Below are positions 55,901 to 64,000 of a stretch of DNA of 64,000 nt, piece by piece. Source of the stretch: Marsupella aquatica. Lineage: Eukaryota > Plantae > Marchantiophyta. The translations under genes and the position numbers were made by a program. The stretch's first letter is position 1; each line of letters starts with the position of its first letter. The notes under the pieces are model-generated. The model saw nothing but the letters and a program-made list of their open reading frames with translations, was not told the origin of the DNA and did no database searches. The stretch lies in NCBI GenBank assembly GCA_973895155.1, contig OZ316898.1:17598752-17662751 (forward strand). Direction: 5' to 3'.

Positions 55901-56993
55901 GCATGGCAAATTCAACCAGTTCCGAATCATTGCGCAAGTAATTCAAACGCATGCCCTGCAGAAAGGCAACCAATGCCATCGTAAGACTGACTCGAATCTC
56001 CTTGTAATTCGGCCCATTTGCTCTCACAAAAGGATTGATCAAATGCTTCTCAAGCCCGCCTTCTAAGGGCTTCGGTGGCGGAGGTGGGGGGCCCTTACCA
56101 GTGCCTTGTTGAGGCAGCTGGGCCTCCGGATTGTAACCTAGAGCAAGGAGTGCACCCAGAGCAGCTGCAAATGCATCCCTTACTGTTTGAGTCGAGTCCT
56201 CCAATGCCTTGAGGCAGAGCACACAACAGCTCTCCAGACCTGAAATCCCCACCCCAGGCCCTCCGATCACTGCTAACACTCTCAGACATCCAGCAGCTGC
56301 GGTCCTCACAAGCGCAGACCTGTCATGAACTCCAATCCTCGTTATAATTCTAAGAGCCTCAGAGTAAGCTGCTACTGCCCCTCCACCCCCTGAACCCTCC
56401 AGTGCATCCTGCAACAGAGCTAGGGCAGCCTGTCTCACACTTACTTCCGAATATCTCATCAGTTTGGCCACAATACTGATCGTCTCGACTAATCCAGATG
56501 TCAATTTGCTGCCAAAGGCCTGTAAGAGAGCTCCCAGGCATTGCGCCATCCCTATGCATGCAGAAGGGGCAGATCTTCGGTCCATTTGGTCCGAGAGCCA
56601 TCCCTGGAGAAGGCTCGTTCTCGTGTAGATGGAGATGTGATCTCCCTTCTCGATGAGGTGGACTGTTGCAGTAGCAGCGAGACGTCGGACTGGTGGTGCG
56701 ACTCCCAGCACAAGGAGAGCCTGGAGGGCTTCCTCGCATTTCTTCTGGCAACGGACGAGTGACCATCTCGGTTCCTGGCTGATCGTTGCGAGGAGATCGA
56801 CCAGGAGATCGAAGCAGAAGAGAGGTTCCGGGTTCTGATGTGAGGAGGCAGCCACTATTGATTCCAGCTGAGCCACCAGAATGCTCAGCTTGGACAATTG
56901 GCTGTCCATCTTTCGACCTATCTTTCCCCTCCTTTGTTCTGCCCCGCTGTGTCTCTCTTCTGTTTGCCTTCCACCCTTAAATCCCGACTCCAA
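49980..56993 (-). CDS. SWEETIE: SWEETIE / HEAT repeat-containing protein 5 (HEATR5/Laa1 family), 2337 aa, single coding exon (alternative start at 56909)
   Basis: Motifs LVAQLESIVAAS..PEPLFCFDLL, LGPWIPGRDSFEDEL.AFEGG.D, IGRLINAIVAVLGPELSPGS, PRFKTRVFAAECL, GHLLLEQYQAQL.SA.R.AL and DDDWDDFQ; uninterrupted 7014-nt ORF. Confidence 0.93.
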   Translation of the reverse strand: MESGFKGGRQTEERHSGAEQRRGKIGRKMDSQLSKLSILVAQLESIVAASSHQNPEPLFCFDLLVDLLATISQEPRWSLVRCQKKCEEALQALLVLGVAPPVRRLAATATVHLIEKGDHISIYTRTSLLQGWLSDQMDRRSAPSACIGMAQCLGALLQAFGSKLTSGLVETISIVAKLMRYSEVSVRQAALALLQDALEGSGGGGAVAAYSEALRIITRIGVHDRSALVRTAAAGCLRVLAVIGGPGVGISGLESCCVLCLKALEDSTQTVRDAFAAALGALLALGYNPEAQLPQQGTGKGPPPPPPKPLEGGLEKHLINPFVRANGPNYKEIRVSLTMALVAFLQGMRLNYLRNDSELVEFAMQAIGMLASSPDTHAQACILFCLRVGIVEQMGESTQKQLTDNLINQVSAPDINPAMLVVILRTLSHLLATLGEISETGHDALDNSLVTMLSNQSRVVRVEAALVLRTLAEVDATSANNLLSCGVTTLRALRETVAVEKGERLRQDLDSLHGQGAMLSAILTACPRLVLGVPSRLPAAVWDLAKAMVLQKKGNPISVCAENEAGWMLIASIVSSMPKEEIEEQKIDLLLLWTKELGEKVEERLKGSQSMLQVQLNVWSAALEALNAFVTYFVVPSMSATINEGILLQPLISYLSKALSYLSSNVLQQASSGLRPAIDLFTIRMLRAFQAIPDPVTYQQDHSRLLSLCTAPFRDPASFGASSCLRQLLDGRDASLGPWIPGRDSFEDELRAFEGGTDDLSPCIWDYEVSAFPQPLPLTTMLVDEMLLCFGTVFAAQKEAKKLQFIQIVIDAGRSGKRQVWHSANMTNTCVALLRALKASIGLRPPGSDMDAMKQLQAILQGILGDDEVLAAQRRAAAEGLGILARLGSDSFAVSLTRSLLADARATTNYLPLKGSVALALGCVHQSVGGMALSALVPATVRTLCALAKDPSDGFPVWPLHGLWLTADAAGLAYVPQVQATLSLVMELLLSEKHVAAALGQSIGRLINAIVAVLGPELSPGSSLFTRCNAVVAEIGTSGEPAALLECVLFTQQLVLFAPLAVPVHAHVNTLRPTLTSRQPSLRQAAVSTFHHMSEIDAVAMCEERIEQDLFAMLDKETDENIIHVVRLTLQRLFEESCPSLPSRWLHLCRNVVLSASTTKTAAAFEGGPDYDSHLDTEVDMLGDDDQGMIIENSHTGIYGRHEDDMNTKGMDQLPRFKTRVFAAECLRRLPAVVGNDPTHFDLGRAKSLESFGDWLVLHLGELVAVAYQIATGPMEIIRPMGIELLDVILEKFAETRDPMYEGHLLLEQYQAQLVSAARTALDHPSASPLLVASGSKLVARIITSGNADGDVPLLQRMVNLLTKQLLRWDDIVNPNFAEWVGCKVQVTLLGALACLKTHAKNSPDGKMISSLLTKRATTLGPYWIGLLRDFTALTLHRKTKLPTEYQPFLEGIQIVTIARTVEQYLSEVWLFVLEAVTLDALAKAPSNLSDKEGDDELDSTEQGIVLNVDDFRQVWALCMLVVSNAGKKSIERRPAVGSMPYHHSSKLVKTAIPELIALNSLRCLCCKGFYNPDMISVTLCNELMQVISSPFLREVSASAVLSLVDQVVKSCPPSYLESRDISLRVVELCLYQIFQCLNGGFVSPPGIVDKSQLVVMSSALGSLGNLVGHLSAEDGDLLLPQLLSAGIKLLNLVSVDGSSVASSTLEFMSSLIGAVATPPSGCSTDEGDTFDQIMRASLLAAGVESLAQLCIKYAAGQEEKEHVEGPQSNLDGASTVSSRVRIFLKVIMEMVCAVPDIDVAEGRNFRKCAQACCIDCLRYLLSSSRDIQVQLAGLQSLESVVSRGGSTKQPSGEGEAPHAWALLLLRDVGADVVQIVYSSIQKPLTTASAAAVAESLKLLILWHSLVEGDKAQQNVLHLLLPAMIGAATAETEDKSLESGSTPLRTAAVKLVTRLASVPSTAAQLKAVMLELQPESRQQLQTIIKASIQQQQQPQPTGKTGLPTTPSPLPLELPKPSQPSTASTSNGPRPLFPPPGSSSLQPPPSALETKSAPEDDSEDDDWDDFQGNTDETSESESAPASAPAPAPAPALPVPEIDTKMTIEGEGSRVMDTELSDQSVETEDMATTAMLSDQEGKSVNSAAEPGDQDVETEHISTNARLSDQEGESVNSATELSDEYVETENMATKAMLSDQEGKSVNSAAEPSHQHAETENMATKGNVIDPEVESVSSAAERSDQYVETETMAAKANISDQEGEPVSSAAEPSDQSVETENMGTTAMLSDQEGESVNSAAERSDQYVETENMATKVIVSDQEGNQSIEPQVQSIRKQLQQSIQGS
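50040..50662 (-). repeat. In-frame 90-bp (30-aa) coding tandem repeat, ~7 copies
   Basis: The unit VETENMATKAMLSDQEGESVNSAAEPSDQx is repeated at the SWEETIE C-terminus. Confidence 0.92.
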
Positions 56994-58758
56994 AATCGTC
57001 GAAATCCGTCCAGAAACACGAACAAGACGATCCTCCTGTACGACGCCCCCGATCTGGACAATGCTTCCACATCACCATGGCCACCTCCTACGTAAATGTC
57101 CTGAAGCTCACTTCAATACGGCAAATCAGACATTCCCGACCTCCTCCGCAAACACACGCTCACTTCAAATACGGCGAATCAGGGCCGCCGTCCACCCCCC
57201 TCCAGAGAGATCATCTGGTAGGTCTCAAGACAGACAATGTCAAGAAAAATGAGTTGAACGTAAGCAAATTGCTACGAATCGAACCAATTGAAGATCCCGA
57301 ACGGACTAGGGAAGGCAGAGAGCGCCCGTAAGCCTCACGTGTACACAAGAAGAAGAAAACTGCGAAGAAAGAGAGAACAAATGAATCTACCAAATCAAAC
57401 AATGATTGAAAGAAAGCATTTCAAAATGCAAAGATCTACCGCAACAGCGCAAGGGGCAGAGTATGACACCACAAGGGGAACGAGGAACGAAGAGGCAGAG
57501 GGAGATCGAGGAGCATATACCGCAATAACACGAAAAAATCACCAAAACCCTCAATGACGATTCCCGCGAGCTCCGCCAAGCGCTGCCGCAAGTTCACAGG
57601 ATTCACTACATAATCGTTCTCACATGGCAGCAGCAGCAGCAGCAGCGGCAAAACAAGCGAATCGGACGAGACTCATGAGCTGGTTCCGACAAACTCCTAC
57701 TGCTCGTCACATGCACCCGCAGAGCTCCAAGCTACACAAATACAACATGTCCGTCGATCGTTTCTGCACCAGTTTCTCAATCTGTTTCTCAATCTGCTAA
57801 GCTGTTTCCGCACAGCTACAAGCTACAAAAAATGCGACATGTCCGTCGATCTCTTGCGAATCTGTTTCGCAATCTTCTAAGCTGTTGCGAAGCTCGATCG
57901 TCTCGTCCTTCCTGTGCGTCTGAGCTCGATTTGTGCGCTCTCTCTTTCTTTGGGGCGGATCTGTTGAATTTGGGTTTTCGCATGTTCAAAGGGTCCAGAA
58001 TCTGAGTTGGAATGCATTGAATAATGGAGGTGTAAAGTGGCCTACACTAGTCCAGAAAAGTTGCAATCTGTACTATTCTAGCACATTGAAATGATGACTG
58101 AGATTCCATCTAGGATACGAAATATAATTTCTGTAGAGAATGGAGGGTATAGTGGGTAACCATTTTTGGACGTACCTACTATTCCCCTATTTTTGGAGGT
58201 ACCTTCTATTCTCTTTGATTAAGGTCATGTGTCTAGTTATTATGGTTCTTGTTCATTTATTTCTTGACGTACCTACTATTCCCCTATTTTGGGTGGTACC
58301 ATCATGTGTCTAGTTATTATGGTCTTTGTCCATTTATTTCTCTCCAAAGGTAACTTTGAATGCCTCATTACAAGATGTGTTGTCTGTGTAAACTTGAGTG
58401 TTGAAAACAAGTACAAAAATCCTGACAGGTCCAATCATAATTAATCGTAGAACCTGAAAGTATGATCAAGTACATCGAGTATATGTATGGTCTCCCATAT
58501 TTCTCTCGTATACACGGGTCTACATATAGTCGCCCAATACCTTGGAAAGGCTACCATACACCCTAAATCCTATTCATTATCTCTTGGAAAGTACCTCTTT
58601 TTGGACAATAATTATGTACTGTAATGGAGGTCTGGGCAGGGGTTCTATCCTGAACCACACTCTATGAAAGTTGAGAAAAGCTTCCCAACTGGCAAGGGTC
58701 AGGTTTTCTTCATTTTTTGGTCATAGGGTTACAAGCTAGTAATTCCAGACAAAACAGT

Positions 58759-58921
58759 CATTATCTTGTACATCTAGGCATTTTGGACACCATGCCATCT
58801 TACTAACAAAGTGCAATCACAAACTATGTCCTGGACCTACATTATCTTGTACATCTAGGCACTTTGGACACCATGCCATCTTACTAACAAAGTGCAATCA
58901 CAAGCTATGTCCTGGACCTAC
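58759..58921. repeat. Two-copy 81-bp tandem repeat
   Basis: cattatcttgtacatctaggca.tttggacaccatgccatcttactaacaaagtgcaatcacaa.ctatgtcctggaccta occurs twice. Confidence 0.9.
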
Positions 58922-59429
58922 TTTCTAGAGTGAAGTGTCTAGACCGTAACTCTAACCGAGGGCATAACTGAAAGTGAGGGTGTACACAAAACATGAGGGT
59001 GAAGACAAAAGAAGGAATGGCGGCAAAGATAAATAGGAAGTGGCATGGAACTCTTTTTTCTACAAGGCTCGTTTTTACTCTCCATCTCCCGGTCAAAAGT
59101 TTCTTCCTGGGCCTGTAAAGACATAACTGAAAGTGAGGGTGAAAATACAAAAGAAGGATTGGGGCAAAGATGAACAGGAAATAGTAAAGAACCTTCTTCT
59201 TTTTTGCAAGGGGTTTTTTTCCCTGTCACCTCTACTTATGTTCAAGGAATGGGTAATCAGGCTGGCGGTTACTAAGGAGGAAGGAGATTGCGGCTATGAG
59301 GCACTTACTATGCTCCCCTATGGCTGATTGGTGTGCACCAGTGGGAGTGCTCTAAGGGTATAGGTAGTTTTTGTGAGCTATATACATGGCCTACTGTTAG
59401 ATCTCCCTAGAAATGCTGAGAGCCGTTAA

Positions 59430-59670
59430 TTATGTATAAGATAATGATGGTTTAGGCGCAGGGTTTATATATAAGATAATGACTATCTAGGCACTGGGTG
59501 ACTAGTTCGTCCTGTCTGTATTTATGTATAAGATATAAGATCAAATGATGGTCTAGGCACAGGGTTATATATAAGATAATGATGATCTAAGCACTTTTAT
59601 GTATAAGATATAAGATCAAATGATGGTCTAGGCACAGGGTTATATATAAGATAATGATGATCTAAGCACT
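59430..59670. repeat. AT-rich minisatellite (tataagataatgatg.tctaggcac units)
   Basis: About six ~35-40-bp subunits, including an exact ~75-bp duplication at 59521-59670. Confidence 0.85.
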
Positions 59671-60405
59671 AGTCTGTAAGTAACCCTGTGACCAGAAAGT
59701 GAAGAAAAGCTGACCGGCCGTAGCCAAGTCCAAAAAAGTGTCGAGGCCATGATATCAAGTAGGCACTTTAGAATTCTAAATTTCAAGAAGTGAAGATGAC
59801 TTGTCTTGTGCGTTACCAACTCATTCTAACATTCGTAACTATAACTCTTGGAGTTAACACACCCCTGAACTACATCCACCTTGACTAGCTGTTGTCGCAG
59901 GGACAACCAAATGAGAATTGCATATCCTGTGAGAGGTGGGGCCTTCAAAGTGCCTCAGACTTCACTCGTTGCATGCACACAGATTCCTGACTACATCCGA
60001 CGGGCTCCAAAGGTCAAAGGAAACATAGATCTGGCCTGGCTCGGGACTCGAATTCTGTCTGGGGACTTGAATTATCTTTTCAGGTTTCAACATCAGACAA
60101 GAGACCAGGACAGAGAGCTCATGTAAAATGTATTCCACCGTAGTCTAGATTTTCAGTCACTTCCAGGAAACCGACTGCGACAAACCCCTTCACCTGTGCG
60201 TGCTGAAGACAACACAAGTAACCGATAATGCTTCCCAGAACGAAAGCTTTCTGCAATTATGACTCCAACTTCGTGCCATGAAAAGAACAAGGCACACCTG
60301 AAAATGTTTCCTTTGTCCCGGAACAGATATCACAGTTAAGGTACAGTGGTCCACCAACATTACACGTGATTACCCCGAACCCATCTTGATAGAAAGCAGA
60401 ATGTA

Positions 60406-63400
60406 CTATGGCCCACCAAGGGTAGCTCCATTTGTTGTGATAATCCGAGCAGCCTCCACCAGAATTCCCTGCTCTACTAGAAGATAATCATTTTTACTCT
60501 GAACATAAGAAACAAGGCAGTTAGGTAGCACTTTGCATCCTAATCTCGACATCAGACTTGACGCCTGCCAAGAAAGAATGAGCAATTGCGAATGACCTGT
60601 CTGCAGGCAAAATTGGATATTCGAACATTACTTTATATAAATCAGTTTTGATCAAATCACAAAGACTTACCATGGGCTTTATATTGCAGCTGACGGCAAG
60701 CTCCAATGCTGATGGGGAGAATTGTGAAATGTAACAGCGAGGCTTATCTTCCTCCAAGAAAACTTGGGGGTTTCGGTGGAGCATCTCTCGAATCTCCAGT
60801 GTGATAATTGGTACTTTCTCAAAATCCGTGAGGTGAATGGGTATTTTCGCCGCCAAATACTGCCATGGTGCTCGTGACTTATTGATTATCGCCTATTCAT
60901 TGTCAATTGAGGAACGGAGACAGTGTGTCAGGAATAACTATCTTTCACAACACTTGTTCAAATTGATGGTCCAAACTATCATCCATGTCTGAGTGGAGAA
61001 AAAAGAAAGTGGCTGATTACCGTCATACATTAAGACTACCATCTTCAAATTCGCGACAGTATGGCCTGTTTCTACCACTACTCATTCCTGGACGGTCCCA
61101 TCCCTTCCTCTGGCGTCCAAACACAAGATTCTCTTTCGTTAAAGTAATAGAGTGTCACATACTTGGCTTGTAAAAAAGGCGTTGGGGACCATAATTGGCT
61201 TCTTTTCAAGATTTAATAGGCGTGTTGAGATCATGCCCACCTCCTCCACCTTTCCCTCCACTGCCCCTGCCTGGAAGCAAACCCCCATGCATTATACTTG
61301 TGAGATCTACTATATATGGACTAAGTCAAAGGACATGGTTACGCAAGAGTCAGCCAATGATGACATGACAGCTTGATCAGGATGAGAAGGGGTTAGCAAC
61401 AGCGGATCTAGCAAAGCCTCGAGAATAATGAAAGGAGACGGCACAAGTTCAACAGACTAGCACCGTCCTTTCTGCCCTGCATTGCTTTTAGTCATATTGT
61501 TCATAATACAGACATTAGTAACACTCAAACGACCTAAAACCGTGATCACTACAACAGAATCCATCAGCAGATTAAGATATGGACCATATCAACAGAACGA
61601 CGACTACACATGAGAGAAGGAATTCTTTATAGCAAGCTTAACACAAAGGCGAGGAAGACAGAGCATCAACTTTGTGTTGTTAATGAAAATGTTACGTCAA
61701 AGACGAACCTTAATAACATCACCAACAGTGAATGGCTTGGAGAAAGACAGTGTTAATCCTGTAAGCAGGTTCGCTAAAATTTCTCTGGCAGCAAACGCTG
61801 TTGCTATACCTGGATTTGGAAGAGAAGTGAAAATTAGTATCAATGTACACTTTTAACAAATTATTTGTCACGTGGTCTCTTGACCGAGAATGACGAGATA
61901 ACCTTAGCCATTATTGTTATAAATAAATGCTGTGCACAAGGCTTATCAACCTCCATGAAGAATGCCTTACCTCCAATGCCTCCAACTGTCAGTAGAGATG
62001 AAACAGCCACACCAGCAGCTTCAGCGAGACCCAGAGCTCCGATGAAGAGCAAAGCCAAAGAAGAGATCTTGTCGAATCCTAAGTAACGTTCTCTCTCTTC
62101 TTTAGTGACCTGTCGACCAGCTAGCAAGCGCTTAAATACATTGCTTTTCCAGCGGTGCAGAAACCAGACGACACATAGTACACTACCCCCACTCCAGAAC
62201 TGGGTTAAGTATTGTGCAACTGTAGGACTTGGTGCAACAATCATACCGCTGCGTCCAAAGTGCAGGATACAGACGTCAGTCACATACAATGGTCGGAGAT
62301 GAACAATAGAGAATTCTATCTGAGAAGCACTGCCAATGGAGCAGCCAAATCAAACGGGCTATCAAAAATATGTAAAGGAGTGAGGACCATGAACGAAATT
62401 AGTCTGGGGTAAGAATCACATCCGTTGCAGATCTAATTGCAAAACCAGAATAGCTAGCTGCTTGTAAAGCCACTGAGGGACAGGATCAGAACCAAATATT
62501 CAGTTGATAGCATCGAATCCCAAAAACCTTCTGTACTCCTTAACAATGAGGAATCAATTTTGATAGGAAAATGCGTCCTGGAATGTTGCATCCGGAGACA
62601 GTCAGTCAACCGCAAGTGAGTGCTGGAAAGGCTAGAGAGGAGAATGATGTGCAAGCTCACACTTGTAGCGCAGTTAAGAGGGTGGCAAACAGGCGGGCTG
62701 GGTCCTGCATTGCCTTCCACACACTCAGCTCATATGGGACTCTCTCTTCGTCAGAAGCCAATTGCCTTTCTTGTCCTTGCAGGAGAGCTGCAGAACCCTT
62801 CTCCACATACCCATGCATCTGACGAAGGACTCTGGGAAGTATTACCCAGGCTCCAGTGAATATGGTCACGGGCAGAGATATTTCTAGAATTGTAGGGTTA
62901 GCCTCTAGAAACTTCTTCACTGGTGGGGCAGCCGCATCAATTGCTTCCACTACTGCCTTGGCAGAATCCACGATGCCATTGTAAGCAGCCTCAGCCCAAT
63001 CGGTCGCACTCTTTACTCCATTCTCAGCACCTTCTGTTGATCCATCTTTCCGTTCATTTTCACAAAATCCGAACAATTTAGTCGAGTAGCTTACAGAAGT
63101 GGACAGATCCCTGGCTACTGCCCCAAACTGAAGTGATAGTTGAAGAAGTTCTCTACAAAACTTACAATTTGGTGACTCTGAAAATTCTAGAGCCGTATTT
63201 CGCGATGACTAAAGATGACCTCCATGATACGAACATTCCGTTCTGTGTCTCAGTTCAGAAGGGAAAGTAATGTGAACACGAAATCAAAAGTGAGAAAGTC
63301 ATACCGGATGACGAGGTGAGAGTCACATTGCCTGGTGTATTGCTGCTGCCAGAAGCAAAACCCCGGGAGCCCATCAAAATGAAAGGGTGGAGCCCGAAGA

Positions 63401-63782
63401 TTGACGAATTTGCGCTCCGCGACTGATGAGTCCATCTTAGCTCCGGAAGCTTCAATTTTGGAGTCTCAATTAACGACACATTGTTGCTCACCCTCCACCT
63501 CTCAGAACGACAGCTCGTGACTGAAGTGCCTAACCCCGAAGAATGGGCCTCTTCTCCTCCATTCCACCCACAAGGAGAGGGGAAACGCTGAGAAAACGCG
63601 GCTGCGGAGGGAGGATCATCTGAGTGATTCGAGGGCAACAAAACAGGGCACTTGTCATCGAGCTGCTGCTGGCTGAGGAGAAAACCTCGGAGGCTGCCAC
63701 TCGAGAAACGAAAATCCGGCCCAGAGGTTTTTACAATTATTCTCCTCAGCCCGTTGAGGATGGAAGTACCTGACCGTGCCAT
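60406..63782 (-). CDS. MSL1: MscS-like mechanosensitive ion channel, MSL1-like (mitochondrial); exons 63782-63305, 63177-62661, 62248-61971, 61809-61709, 61270-61163, 60892-60671, 60498-60406; the 5' end may extend past the window
   Basis: Pore-helix motif LLTVGGIGGIATAFAAREILANLLTG..L.FSKPFTVGDVIKAGAVEGKVEEVG; PIMVPNAFFTSQAIINKSRA; VWFLHRWK; junction phases are compatible. The frame stays open to the window edge upstream of ATG 63782. Confidence 0.88.
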
Positions 63783-64000
63783 TGGAAGTACTGTACGGTA
63801 ACTAGCTCTGCAGCATTTCCCTGGATGGGTCCATCGTTGCTCCGCAAGCTTCAATTTTGGAGTCTCTAGTGGGTTTTGAGCATCCCTGGGAAGTTGAACG
63901 GCCACGTAAGTCCTGATTCCTCCACCATTGGCGTTAGACTCAAAGTGGGTCTTCACGACATGATGCGAATGCCCTAAGGTATTTACTGTATAGCAATTCA

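Noticed and set aside
50069-56980. Multiple 60-228-aa overlapping or antisense ORFs within SWEETIE
   Set aside because: Shadow frames of a long coding sequence and its 90-bp repeat.

Overview
Eukaryotic plant nuclear DNA, probably from a bryophyte such as a liverwort (inferred from gene content and style, not proven). Six host genes can be spliced in frame: a two-exon LEA-like 11-mer-repeat gene, FIP2 (BTB plus pentapeptide repeats, 11 exons), mitochondrial IBA57/CAF17 (6 exons), a plastid-type membrane protein (3 exons), an intronless 2337-aa SWEETIE/HEATR5 gene and an MSL1-like mechanosensitive channel. The main find is a full-length ~10-kb DNA transposon at 9386-19363 with perfect 13-bp TIRs and a TTAA duplication. 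It encodes a decayed 9-exon Kolobok-type DDE transposase with an embedded SAP motif, plus a convergent KolX/P2X7-tail-like gene that the ORF track misses. Kolobok is not a superfamily normally annotated in land plants. Also present are two different PIF/Harbinger elements stacked at one TAA site (35664-39213 and 39217-43497), an IBA57 intron bounded by an 11-bp direct repeat, MITE-like inverted repeats and many two-copy tandem duplications. All assignments come from manual reading and motif recognition; no database search was run.
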